Positions 10,251-20,256 of a stretch of DNA of 64,000 bases are shown one piece after another (within the stretch, counting starts at the first letter, position 1; each line of letters opens with the position of its first letter). Under the pieces are notes generated by a model that did no database searches, was not told where the DNA came from, and saw only the letters and a program-made list of their open reading frames with translations. Source of the DNA: Nitrosopumilus sp. (GTDB lineage Archaea > Thermoproteota > Nitrososphaeria > Nitrososphaerales > Nitrosopumilaceae); the NCBI GenBank assembly GCA_965214775.1, contig OZ243974.1:288001-352000 (forward strand), given 5' to 3'. Made by a program: the position numbers and the translations under genes.

Positions 10251-10766
10251 TTGACAAAATATAATGTAATTTTAAAAGTTCCTGCATCAGAAAAAGACTC
10301 TATTTTGGAGTCTATAAAAAACAAATATCCAAAATCTGAAGGGCGACAATTTTCTCAAACTGGCGATGAGTTGCGTTATATGTTCAAAATTAAAACATAT
10401 GATACAAGCAAAACTACGGTGAAAAATCTTAGTGAAATCTCGGGCCTATCTGTTGTTTCTGTAAATTCTGAATTTGACATGCGCATTCGAATACATAAAA
10501 AATACTCTACTTGGCTCATGATTGGATTGCTTATTGGTTGGACAGCAATCTCTTACATAGCATTTTCCACATCTGATAACTTTATTGATTCTCTATCTGT
10601 CTCACAACTTCTTGTTGTGCAAATCACCATCGCATTGGTAATTTCCATATGGATTTTTCTTTATGATAAAAGAACTCAACAAGATGTGATTGATGTTCTT
10701 GCAACACTAGATCTAAGAACTAGTGAAATTAACGAAAATGTAAAAGATTTAGACAAATCTAATTAA
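10251..10766 (+). CDS. Hypothetical membrane protein (soluble N-terminus, two TM helices)
   Basis: 171-aa ORF, AT-rich, two hydrophobic segments. Confidence 0.65.
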   Translation: MTKYNVILKVPASEKDSILESIKNKYPKSEGRQFSQTGDELRYMFKIKTYDTSKTTVKNLSEISGLSVVSVNSEFDMRIRIHKKYSTWLMIGLLIGWTAISYIAFSTSDNFIDSLSVSQLLVVQITIALVISIWIFLYDKRTQQDVIDVLATLDLRTSEINENVKDLDKSN

Positions 10767-11118
10767 TTCTCGAATTAATTTTTCCATTAAATGATTTTGC
10801 AATTCCATATGCATGTGAAATAAAATCTTTGTCTGGTTTAAAATTTAAATCGAAATCTGCTTGAACTCTTAACTCATGAAGATCGTTTAATTTGTCACCC
10901 ATAGATGAATCTTTATTTTTAATTTTCTCAATTATGTCTTTATGTATTTCATCATTTTTTGAAAAATTCTCTCCCTTTTCTTCCAGTCTTAATTTTGCTT
11001 TCAATAGGGATGAATAATAGCTTCGATTTATTGCAGTTCTAATACCAGCTTCATTTTGTAATTCTGATTTTCTTCGAATCTTCTCAACAAAACCTAACAG
11101 TTCTTTTGGATCAAACAT
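10759..11118 (-). CDS. HEPN-domain protein
   Basis: RTAINRSYYS, an internal H, and LHELRVQADF (RxxADY-type HEPN signature). Confidence 0.8.
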   Translation of the reverse strand: MFDPKELLGFVEKIRRKSELQNEAGIRTAINRSYYSSLLKAKLRLEEKGENFSKNDEIHKDIIEKIKNKDSSMGDKLNDLHELRVQADFDLNFKPDKDFISHAYGIAKSFNGKINSRIN

Positions 11119-11119
11119 T

Positions 11120-11899
11120 TTATTGGCATAAATGTATGTAGAATCGCTTTTCCAATTCTTTGATTTCTTCTAGATTATTTGTTTTATATTTTAACTCGTC
11201 TATAGATTTGTCTACAATATCCCTTAATTTTTCCCAGAGCTCAAGTTTCCTTTCAAAGTCCCTCTCATAGAATTTTGTATCGAGGATTATTTTTTTCCAT
11301 TCCGGATTTTCCAAGTCTTTTTTCTCATACATAAGATACTCGGCAAATGCTAATTTTTCAACTTCATATGATCTACATATGTCGTTGATACAATTAACAA
11401 ATTCTTGATGAGATTCACTGACTACCATTTTTGCTTGCAGATCCTTGCTTACCTGAATATTAGATGCTATTTGGTTGATGTCTTTTAGGATTGAGCTAGC
11501 TGTAGTAGTTGGAACGTTCCCTGAAAAATTAGAGGATTCCCCTGCTTCATATATGACTGTGGAAGAAAAATCATTTGATTTTTCTACGACAATGCTAGAA
11601 TTCTCAAGTAGATTATATCTCAGTTTGGTTTTTGCTTCATACAGATTTCTCCATAAATTATAATTAAATTTTTTATTTCCACGTTTAGCTTCTTTTCTTC
11701 GTCTCTGGTCTAGAAAGTGTTCTTTCATCATTTTCGTTTTAAATTCGATAGGATCTGGGAGCTTAATTTTCAATAAAATATGTACTATACTTTCATCAAG
11801 TAATTGTCTTAGAACTTTTTTCCTCTCTTCTGGCGGGAGTGTATTTAATACAGGTACATTTCTTTCGACAACGGATTGCAAAACTGTGTATTGTCTCAT
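11120..11899 (-). CDS. Hypothetical protein, possible HEPN partner
   Basis: 259-aa ORF tightly coupled to HEPN; C-terminal DLENPEWKKIIL...LELWEKL segment. Confidence 0.7.
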   Translation of the reverse strand: MRQYTVLQSVVERNVPVLNTLPPEERKKVLRQLLDESIVHILLKIKLPDPIEFKTKMMKEHFLDQRRRKEAKRGNKKFNYNLWRNLYEAKTKLRYNLLENSSIVVEKSNDFSSTVIYEAGESSNFSGNVPTTTASSILKDINQIASNIQVSKDLQAKMVVSESHQEFVNCINDICRSYEVEKLAFAEYLMYEKKDLENPEWKKIILDTKFYERDFERKLELWEKLRDIVDKSIDELKYKTNNLEEIKELEKRFYIHLCQ

Positions 11900-12777
11900 T
11901 CACCAATTACCTCTTTTTCTATGCCTTCAGCAAGTTCCTTAACTAACTCATCTTTAATCCTTCCTTCAATAATTGGGATCTTACTTTGAATGGGTTGCTT
12001 GCTTGGTTCCAAAAATCGGATATAATACTCTCTCCATTCTTTGATAAGTTTCCATAACAAATCATTTACTTGTTCCTCGTGCATACCATTTCCATGTAAC
12101 TCTTCAAGTTTTTTTATATGTGGAATTACTTCATTTGAAATTCTTTTTTCAAAATCTTCTTTGTCTGTTGCAGTAGTGCCAACATACTCATCAATGCGAT
12201 CAATCATGACAAGTATTGATGAAAGCTGTAGATCTTGTGGATTTACACCATGGGTTCTAGACACTCTTGAGATTTCATTTAGTACGCCTTTTATAATATT
12301 GTTAGAACCATATGTGAGAAAATCTTTTGATGAAAATAATAACTTTGTAACTTTTTGTACAGTCTTACTAGTGTATTTAGTATTATCTGTATAACTACTT
12401 TTTTCATCATCTGGGAGTGTCACTTTTCGTGATTTTTCAATAGCACGATGAAAACTAATCCACAGCTTATTAAGATCATTCTTGTCTGATGATACTTGTG
12501 ATAGTACATTATCTGCAAAACTAGAAGTTTGATTAATTATTGATTCTACTCCTGCTGAGTTATTTACATTAAACTCACCATGTGCATCAAGAGCTAGTCG
12601 TCGTAAAAAGAATCCGGTAATGCCATAAAGCTGGGTGTCTGAAACCCAAGCATTTGTCATAATTCTATTTGAAATAATATTGGCAGTCTTGAAATCTTTC
12701 TTTTTTATTGCTTCCAAATAAATTTTCAAGTCTTGCTTGTATAATTTTGAATCATAGTTTGAAGATTCTTCGATCAT
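11896..12777 (-). CDS. Hypothetical alpha-helical protein, first gene of a 3-gene operon
   Basis: 293-aa ORF with ATGA overlap to the next gene; no recognised motif. Confidence 0.7.
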   Translation of the reverse strand: MIEESSNYDSKLYKQDLKIYLEAIKKKDFKTANIISNRIMTNAWVSDTQLYGITGFFLRRLALDAHGEFNVNNSAGVESIINQTSSFADNVLSQVSSDKNDLNKLWISFHRAIEKSRKVTLPDDEKSSYTDNTKYTSKTVQKVTKLLFSSKDFLTYGSNNIIKGVLNEISRVSRTHGVNPQDLQLSSILVMIDRIDEYVGTTATDKEDFEKRISNEVIPHIKKLEELHGNGMHEEQVNDLLWKLIKEWREYYIRFLEPSKQPIQSKIPIIEGRIKDELVKELAEGIEKEVIGE

Positions 12778-13385
12778 ATTGTGTGCAACAATTTGTATGT
12801 TGGTTATTTAATATATCTATGGTATCAGTCTTCTGTATGAGTTTACCCCTCAGGCGACGTTTCCAGTCAGGGTCTTGGCGACCATCTCACTCACGTTGCA
12901 ACCCTGGGCGCGCCAGTTCATCGTGCATGTCATCAGTACGGTGAACATCTCCATGCCCTCCATGGTACGGAGTCCCTGGAATATCTTGCGCGCAATTACG
13001 GACGGCCTCAGCATGCGCTCGGCCAGGTTGTTGGTGGGCTCCATGCCCGGATACAGCACGAACGTGTACAGGTATTCTGAAGCGTTCCCAAGCTTTGTAG
13101 CAAATCTCGCGCAACCTGCCTCCCTGAATGCTACGGCCAGTGCGCGTGTCTCGACTACCAGCATGTCGTGCTGCTGCTACCTGGTATCGTCCTTCTCCGG
13201 TGGTGGTGGTTCCAGCCCCTTGGCAAAGAGGAACTTTTTCTTGAGTGTATCATACAGCGCGTGGGCCTGCCGGGAAGTCTTGTCGGCATCCTTGGCCTCC
13301 CGGAGTATGTGTGCCCAGCACCACTGCCTAGTCTTGAATACGACATATACACCGTACCCGTCGACTGTAGCTGGTTTGTCATAAT

Positions 13386-13465
13386 AGACTTTATGCGTAA
13401 TCGACCTGAATGAGATGAATTTGTTCGTAATAATCCTAGATTTGAACCAATTACGCATAAAGTCT
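13386..13465. mobile_element. MITE family C (80 bp, AAT target duplication)
   Basis: TIR AGACTTTATGCGTAAT / ATTACGCATAAAGTCT; second copy 23652-23731; same ends as the IS at 54384-55868. Confidence 0.9.
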
Positions 13466-13681
13466 AATACGGAAAGTTCGTGTCAACTACTATCCTGCCC
13501 TTGCTGGGTGCAACCAGCGTGTGGACGCCGGTTATGCTGCCGTCCTTGTCCTTGCCTACTACCACCCATATACGGGCCGTCCTGCCGTTGTATGGCATGG
13601 CAGTCTCGTCAATATGCAGATAATCAGAATCTCGGATGGCCTGCTTTATGCCCTCTACGCTGGGCTTTATTGCCTTGGTGC

Positions 13682-13791
13682 AGGCCCTCAGGCACTGCAG
13701 CACGCCTGCCTCTGAGACCTACGTCCTGCGGGCGTACTTTGACATCCAGCTATTAGGCCCTCAGGCACTGCAGCACGCCTGCCTCTGAGAC
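13682..13791. repeat. 37-bp direct repeat flanking a 36-nt unique insert
   Basis: AGGCCCTCAGGCACTGCAGCACGCCTGCCTCTGAGAC at 13682 and 13755. Confidence 0.95.
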
Positions 13792-14600
13792 GTCCATGTT
13801 CAGGATTTCTGAGCACATTGTGGCCGTGGCCTGTATGGAGGCAGGTGCCATGTGCATTGAAGTTATCATCCCCGTAATGTTTGGTCCAAACTCGGTTCCC
13901 GGCACGTTCCAGTCCCTGTCATCCTCCATACACACGTGGCCGCAGTCGGCGCATTCGCGTTTGTATGCGGTGTGCTGCTGTGTCGTGACCGGTTTGGGCC
14001 TCTTGGGGATCTCAGTCACGGTCTTTGAGAACATCCTTTTGGGCTTCTTCATGTTGGTGCTGCCGCACTTGTCGCACTTTTTGGGGCAGTGCTTTACAAA
14101 TTCGGTCGGCATCCTCTTGTGTGATATTCCCTTGTGTCCCTGCCTGCGGCCCGGCTTTGCCTTTGCAGATGCCGGTACGTTGCCTGATGCCTTTGCAGCA
14201 GCAGTCTTTTTCTGCCTGGTCGGAATCGAGTTCTGCGAGGATGGGGTGTGCGGGTTTTCGTAATATTTGATGTGCTGTTTGAGCTGCTGGTTTTCTGCTG
14301 TCAGCATCGTCTTTTCTGCCGTGACCTCGGCCAGCTGTTCGGTAAGCCCGACTATTGTCAGATCCTTGTCTGCGATGGTTCTATCCTTCCTGCCTAATTC
14401 GGCTATGGTGCGGGCCAGCTCGTCGCGCAGTATCTTGGTCTCTGAATCAGGCATGAATACAGAGAGTTGATTCGAAATTAGCAAACTCTGATTATTTGTG
14501 AACGAATGTGCATGAAACAACTCAAAATATCAACAAAATACAAATTATCTGTGAAATTACTTGAAAAATTCGTATGGTTTCTAATTTCGGATCATCTCTC

Positions 14601-14668
14601 AGGTAGGACGCCTCCCTTATGAGGAGGTCATGTAACGTGGCGGGGGTTCGAATCCCCCTCTTGACGCA
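14601..14668 (+). tRNA. 5'-truncated tRNA-like remnant (anticodon loop CTTATGA, long variable arm)
   Basis: CCTCC-CTTATGA-GGAGG anticodon arm and GGGGG-TTCGAAT-CCCCC T arm; 5' acceptor/D strand absent. Confidence 0.55.
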
Positions 14669-14856
14669 GACTGCCTTCCAAACAATTGATCCTGACCGAT
14701 TATTTGTACGGAACCTAGAAGATAGGAAGCGAATTGCCATCCTGCAATCAGCGATGACGTTTTTGGCTGCAATCACCCCGGTCATGCCGGCCATCCGGTT
14801 TTCTCCGTCTTTGTTCAGGGCTGAATTGGGGATTGATTCTGTCGGGGCATCAGAAG

Positions 14857-14986
14857 GGAGTTGTCGCCTAATTCCATTTATTTGGCTCAATCTGCCAGTT
14901 TTTCTAAACTTCCGCCCTTGTGCACGCCTGATCCACATGGCATCTCAATGGTTTTCAGGAATTCTGATGAATTAGGCGACAACCTC
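14857..14986. mobile_element. MITE family H (about 130 bp)
   Basis: TIR GTTGTCGCCTAATTC / GAATTAGGCGACAAC; copies 28963-29092 and 61899-62128 (9-bp target duplication GCTGTCTTG). Confidence 0.85.
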
Positions 14987-15231
14987 CTGCGCACGACCAA
15001 GAACTCATACACGAAGGAACCTCCTTCCTCAAGAACAACCATATGTGGAATGTGACAAGGATATCGCAGCCACACTCCGTATACAAGACACTTGAGCAGA
15101 TCGTGCAAGATAATACTATTCTATCCGCTTTATTGGAATTTCAATAACACAATACACATTTCCAGATATTACCATTCTAGTACCTCTGTGTCCTTGAGTC
15201 ATGCGAATAAGCCTTTCATGGTTCTTTTTTC

Positions 15232-15313
15232 GTACAACTTCAGGTCCTATTTAAACCGCCTAGGAATCTAGGAAGTATTTGCTTGCCAGTATAAATAGGA
15301 CCTGAAGTTGTAC
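15232..15313. mobile_element. MITE family D (82 bp, 8-bp target duplication, IS66-derived)
   Basis: TIR GTACAACTTCAGGTCCT; TSD CTTTTTTC here and CAAAAAGG at copy 16802-16883; same ends as the IS at 39371-41476. Confidence 0.92.
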
Positions 15314-15384
15314 CTTTTTTCTAAATTGACATGCAACTCTTTCTCCAAATATGGCATCACCTTCATCTAGATGTATTGGCATGA

Positions 15385-15795
15385 TTATTCAGGGCTATTG
15401 ATTAATTTTCCTTCGTTACGTAGAGAGTCAACAACATCCATTACCAACATTAAATCAAGACCATGCTCATTAGCAAAATCACTCGGATAGAAAATGTCAC
15501 CGACGTTAATTTCTTTCAAGAGAAGTTCACGTATTTGTTCGTTAGTGAGATCAGTATCTTCAGGAACTGCATCCATAGATGTGATTTTATGTTGTTTAAG
15601 AAGTTGCCACATGTTAGCATTATCTACAATTAATTTTTCAACGATAGAACGCAAATGTATGTAGGCATCAACTAAAGAAACATGCGCATCATCTGGTTTT
15701 TGATTTAAAATCCCATCACGAAAATATCTAAGTGATTGTTTGTTATCAGCTATTTCATTATCATGTTCACGTTCAGATTCAACTAGTAGCGTCAT
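15385..15795 (-). CDS. Hypothetical protein with C-terminal wHTH-like segment
   Basis: FYPSDFANEHGLDLMLVMDVVDSLRNEGKL resembles a winged helix. Confidence 0.6.
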   Translation of the reverse strand: MTLLVESEREHDNEIADNKQSLRYFRDGILNQKPDDAHVSLVDAYIHLRSIVEKLIVDNANMWQLLKQHKITSMDAVPEDTDLTNEQIRELLLKEINVGDIFYPSDFANEHGLDLMLVMDVVDSLRNEGKLINSPE

Positions 15796-15807
15796 AATAC
15801 ATTCTCC

Positions 15808-16104
15808 TCAATCATAGTATGTACGCATTGTCCTTTTAGGTTTATCGTATCTTTGCCATGCTGTTAATTGATATAAAGTGGCAGTGTATCGTACTGCTTT
15901 TAACACTTCATATAATTTAGATAAATCTCCAGAATCATAAACATCAGGCAAAGGTTTTGCAGCTTCGATCATTTCATTTTTTAGCTTGTCAGACACGTCT
16001 TTAGGTACAGAGTAATTTTCTATTGTATGAGACAAATTAGAATAAACAGATTCCAAAACTTCACTGATGAAGACTTCATTTTTTAATTCCAAATTCCAAG
16101 ACAA
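15808..16104 (-). CDS. Hypothetical protein (start uncertain)
   Basis: AT-rich ORF co-oriented with 15385-15795. Confidence 0.5.
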   Translation of the reverse strand: MSWNLELKNEVFISEVLESVYSNLSHTIENYSVPKDVSDKLKNEMIEAAKPLPDVYDSGDLSKLYEVLKAVRYTATLYQLTAWQRYDKPKRTMRTYYD

Positions 16105-16262
16105 ATTAACTAAATCATGTGCAATCCTGTAACAAACAGCATAATTTCCGTCTTCAAGATTTGCTTGAATATCTTTCAGACGCTCTGAATACAGAGTTTA
16201 GCTCTTTCATACCTCAATACAATTCCAGCAGTATGTATATTAGACTTTGCGTAGTCAATGGC

Positions 16263-16431
16263 GTATGAGTTTACCCCTCAGGTGACGTTTCCAGTAATGG
16301 TCTTGGCGACCATTTCACTCACGTTGCAATCCTGGGCGCGCCGGTTCATCGTACACATCATCAGCACGGTAAACATCTCCATGCCCTCCATGGTACGGAG
16401 TCCCTGGAATATCTTGCGCGCAATTACGGAC
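16263..16431 (-). mobile_element. IS66 3'-end remnant
   Basis: Near-identical to 12835-13002. Confidence 0.85.
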
Positions 16432-16577
16432 ATGATCAGGAAGGCGCTGACCAGAAACCCCGGGTACGTGGTCATCTACCTCTAGCAATCCTGCATTAAT
16501 CTGCCTGCAGTTGTAATTTTCATGCCTGAACAGACGGGGGATGTGACTTTAATTCTAGGCAGGGGCTTAACCTGTTA

Positions 16578-17277
16578 CGAAAAGTTCTTTGGCAAGAACA
16601 GGCAGCGGTGCTGGGCCCACATAATCCGGGAGGCAGATGCACAGAGTGAAAAAACGGATTCCCCGGAGGTTCGCGCCGCAGGCCAGCGCCTCAAGTGGCA
16701 GATGCATTGCGCCAAGGGGCTGGGGCCGCCGGAGGAGGCTGCCAGGCAGTACGACAGTCGGGTGGCAGAAACACGCGAGATTGCCGCCACATACAAAAAG
16801 GGTACAACTTCAGGTCCTATTTATACTGGCAAGCAAATACTTCCTAGATTCCTAGGCGGTTTAAATAGGACCTGAAGTTGTACCAAAAAGGAAGGATGCA
16901 ACAGCTATGCCACAAAGGTTGACAACGCCTCGGAGGTATGTGATCACGTCCCCCCCGTTGGCTAGGCGTGAAAATCATAACCATACGTGACAATTCGTGC
17001 CTGATTGGTAGGGGTAGGTGACCTCGTACCCTCGGAGTTTCTCTACACGTTTATGACGCGTCATGGGATGGATCCCACCAACAACCTAGCCGAGCGCATG
17101 CTGAGGCCGTCCGTAATTGCGCGCAAGATGTTCTAGGGACTCCGTACCATGGAGGGCATGGAGATGTTCACCGTGCTGATGACATGCACGATGAGATGGC
17201 GCGCCCAAAGTTGCAACATAAGTGAGATGGTCGCCAAGACCCTGACTGGAAACGTCGCCTGAGGGATAAACTCATAC
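16578..17277 (+). pseudogene. IS66 transposase C-terminal remnant with two MITE insertions
   Basis: QRCWAHIIRE and DPTNNLAERMLR; MITE D at 16802-16883; MITE at 16936-17029 with TSD CCTCGGAG; end AAACTCATAC at 17277. Confidence 0.85.
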
Positions 17278-17326
17278 GGTTGTTGAGAAAACAACAAATA
17301 AACATAATTGACGATTCTGAAAATCA

Positions 17327-17605
17327 TTGTCAAATAAAATCAAATGCTCCCACATCCTAGTTGCCAAACAAAGCGAGGCTTTGGCAATTTTAGAGAGAAT
17401 CAGGGCAGGAGAAAAATTTGGAAAGCTTGCAAAGAAGTTGTCAACAGACACGGGAAGTGCAAAAAAGGATGGCAATTTGGGCTATTTTACCAAAGGAATG
17501 ATGGTAAAGCCGTTTGAAGAGACTGCGTTCAAACTGCAAGTCGGAGAGATTTCAGAGCCAGTAAAATCAGAATTCGGATACCACATCATCAAGAGATTTG
17601 CATAA
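17327..17605 (+). CDS. Parvulin-type peptidyl-prolyl isomerase
   Basis: [31 protein letters not shown]. Confidence 0.95.
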   Translation: MSNKIKCSHILVAKQSEALAILERIRAGEKFGKLAKKLSTDTGSAKKDGNLGYFTKGMMVKPFEETAFKLQVGEISEPVKSEFGYHIIKRFA

Positions 17606-17640
17606 GCTGACAAATTTTTTTGCATTCTCTGCTTTAGCAG

Positions 17641-17756
17641 GGCGGCCCTCGCTGATTTTCTGGACTGCCATTTCACAGCCAGATGCCCATGTTTGCAATC
17701 AATACGACTGAGAGGCGGCCCTCGCTGATTTTCTGGACTGCCATTTCACAGCCAGA
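17641..17756. repeat. 43-bp direct repeat flanking a 30-nt unique insert
   Basis: GGCGGCCCTCGCTGATTTTCTGGACTGCCATTTCACAGCCAGA at 17641 and 17714. Confidence 0.95.
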
Positions 17757-17954
17757 ATGAATTTCTTTGTGTAGTTTCCTTTCCTTTTGCAGCAAATTTT
17801 TCACTTTTTCTGGTTTTTAGATATCATCATACAAGTAAACTGATCAAAGAGGCTTTGATGATGACTGCCATCATCATATTAAATTCCATGTACGCAATAT
17901 GCCAAAAAAATACACAACACTTTTTTCAAGGAAAACCAGAAAAAAAGAGAGTGT

Positions 17955-18269
17955 GTGAGTGTGGTGGCAGTAATTACAGAAAAGATGCTTGATGAACTGC
18001 TAGACCAATTAGAAAAACCGATAGGCAACCTTGCAAAAGAATCGTTTGAAAACATGGAGCTTGATCAAGGTTTTCAAGGGGTTCATAATTTCCTGGATGG
18101 CCAATTTGACATCCGGTTGGAAAATTTGCTTGTTGCAAAAAATAGCAGTACGCATCACTTGGAATCGGGAATGAAAAACAAGATAATTCAGCGCAAATCA
18201 AAAATCATGAAAGATGCTGCAAAAAAATGTCAGGATCAAAGAAACGCATCAAGGCCGGATTGCCCTTGA
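17955..18269 (+). CDS. Hypothetical protein
   Basis: 104-aa ORF within the core-like region. Confidence 0.6.
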   Translation: MSVVAVITEKMLDELLDQLEKPIGNLAKESFENMELDQGFQGVHNFLDGQFDIRLENLLVAKNSSTHHLESGMKNKIIQRKSKIMKDAAKKCQDQRNASRPDCP

Positions 18270-19732
18270 TTCTTTTCAAGAACCTCGGTCATTTTGTTGC
18301 CCATGGATTTGGCCGCAGTCATTTTTCTTTGCCCAATCCAATAGTATGCCTCATCGATGGTGTTTTTAGCAATAAGGACAGATAGTCTTCCAGTGTCCTT
18401 TCGGCCGGTTCTTCCGCGCCTTTGAACGAATCGAATCGAGCTTGGCACATTGTCATAAAAAATCACCTGGTTTACTTCTGCAATATCGAGGCCCTCCTCG
18501 CCCACTCGTGTTGCAACTAGGACATCAAACTGGCCGTCACGGAATTTCTGCACGGTTTCAATTTGCTTTTTCTGCTTCAAGCCAGTTTGTCCGGCTTTTC
18601 CAATAAGAATCCCAGCAGAAACCCCCATCTCAGTTAGTTTGTTAAAAACCAAGTCTACCGAATCACGATAACTTGTAAAGATCAATGCCTTTCCAGGAAC
18701 AGATTCGACGATCTCCTTTAGTTTTGGAATTTTAGAGTGCTCGATGCCACAAGATTGTGCTTTTTTTGCCAAATGAACTGCTCTTGTAAAATTAGGATCA
18801 GCCTCAAAGAGCTCCCTTATACCAGCTCCCTTTTTTGCCTGTGTGCGCTCACAGAATTTCAGGAAGGGGGTAATCCCATGCACCTCCAAGATGTTCAGGG
18901 CATAGTGAATTCGGATTGCAGTAAACAAGGGCTTTGCAGAACGCCTGCTTTGACTCAGCACGTATTGTCGACTCTTCAACAGTCCAGACAGGGACTGTCG
19001 TTCTGTAAACCTGATGCCGTTTTTTCTTAATGTATCGTATCTTTCATCCAATGCAGTCTTCAATAACGTCTGAATTGATTTTAGTTCTGAAGGAAGCTCA
19101 ACATTAATCCATTTGATGTTCGTCTCTTGGATGTACGGTTTTACATCAGGACTGTCTTCGGTACGTTCTGCAACACTGGAAATTCTTAGTTTTTTCAGAA
19201 TTTCAATCGCTTTTTCTTTTTCACTTGGCAGTGTGGCAGTCATGCCAACTATTCGGACGTCGTTGTTTTCAAGGCGTTCAGCAATTCCAGAATAGGCATA
19301 ATCTCCGACGGTCCTATGTACCTCGTCAAAAATTACAAGCGAGAATTGATCAGAAGAGATGATTTGTCTATCCAGATCATTTTTTGTGATTTCAGGAGTG
19401 GCACAGATTACGCTGTTGTTCCAAAGCTTCGTTCTTTTTTGAACTGTATCCTCACCTGTGACCAGCGAGATATCATCCAGGGTAAGGCTGTCTTTTAGGA
19501 ATTCATAGTGCTGGTTTACAAGAACACGGGTGGGTGCCAGAAACAAAACGCCGCCTGTCCCCCTTGACAGGTATTCGGCAATTACCTGCAATGCAATTGC
19601 AGTCTTTCCCAGACCGGTAGGCAAAACCACAACACAATTCTCGCCAATGGCCTGATTTGCCAGATTTACCTGATAGTCTCTTTTTTCAACAGAGCCGCTC
19701 CGGACATATTTCCTCTCAATGTACTGGGTCAA
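18236..19732 (-). CDS. Hef/FANCM-like (ERCC4-related) SF2 helicase
   Basis: LPTGLGKT, DEVH, MTAT, GEEGLDI, QRRGRTGR. Confidence 0.92.
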   Translation of the reverse strand: MTQYIERKYVRSGSVEKRDYQVNLANQAIGENCVVVLPTGLGKTAIALQVIAEYLSRGTGGVLFLAPTRVLVNQHYEFLKDSLTLDDISLVTGEDTVQKRTKLWNNSVICATPEITKNDLDRQIISSDQFSLVIFDEVHRTVGDYAYSGIAERLENNDVRIVGMTATLPSEKEKAIEILKKLRISSVAERTEDSPDVKPYIQETNIKWINVELPSELKSIQTLLKTALDERYDTLRKNGIRFTERQSLSGLLKSRQYVLSQSRRSAKPLFTAIRIHYALNILEVHGITPFLKFCERTQAKKGAGIRELFEADPNFTRAVHLAKKAQSCGIEHSKIPKLKEIVESVPGKALIFTSYRDSVDLVFNKLTEMGVSAGILIGKAGQTGLKQKKQIETVQKFRDGQFDVLVATRVGEEGLDIAEVNQVIFYDNVPSSIRFVQRRGRTGRKDTGRLSVLIAKNTIDEAYYWIGQRKMTAAKSMGNKMTEVLEKNQGQSGLDAFL

Positions 19733-19852
19733 TTACAGAAAAATCCGTGTTTGTAGATTTTATGCTTTCGTGTTGTAAAAGACTAGTCAGAGCTCAATGT
19801 TGAAAACACGCCAAAATTGAGCCTAAAAAGATAGGAATGGGGTGTGTGGAGG

Positions 19853-20044
19853 CTAGTCCAGCTTCTTCTTTAATTTGTTGACCAGGGCCATCTCCTCACG
19901 AAGATGTTTTTTCAGTAAACGATCATGAGCTTTTTTGTGAACACTGTAGGCATTGTTCAAAGATTTTTTGGTCTTTGCCCTTTTTACAGCATTTTGAAAC
20001 TTTTTGTGTATGGCGTTTACTTGAGATGAATAACTTGCCATCAC
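19853..20044 (-). CDS. Small basic hypothetical protein
   Basis: 63-aa Lys-rich helical ORF. Confidence 0.6.
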   Translation of the reverse strand: MMASYSSQVNAIHKKFQNAVKRAKTKKSLNNAYSVHKKAHDRLLKKHLREEMALVNKLKKKLD

Positions 20045-20256
20045 AAGGATCTTCTAAAAGATACTAAAGAAGTTTGTGCATCTGCTATTCATTCATTATG
20101 GCAACGGGCACAAGTCTTTGAGTCAAAGTAGGTCATAACTACGCGTAAAAAACCTCAATTATTTCTGCTCGCTGCCATAACAGGACACAGACAGGATGAT
20201 CGGCATCCAAATTTTCATAGCGTGATCCATATATTGAACAAAGCTGGAACAACTGT

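Larger units (their letters stand above)
12835..14454 (-). pseudogene. IS66-family transposase, fragmented
   Basis: ENPHTPSS, CxxC zinc ribbons, HIDET, QWCWAHILRE, EPTNNLAERMLR; broken by a 73-bp insertion, MITE C and frameshifts; end GTATGAGTTTACCCCTCA at 12835. Confidence 0.9.

Noticed and set aside
14522-14975. 138-aa and 118-aa ORFs
   Set aside because: They span MITE B, the tRNA-like remnant and MITE H, with no protein motifs.
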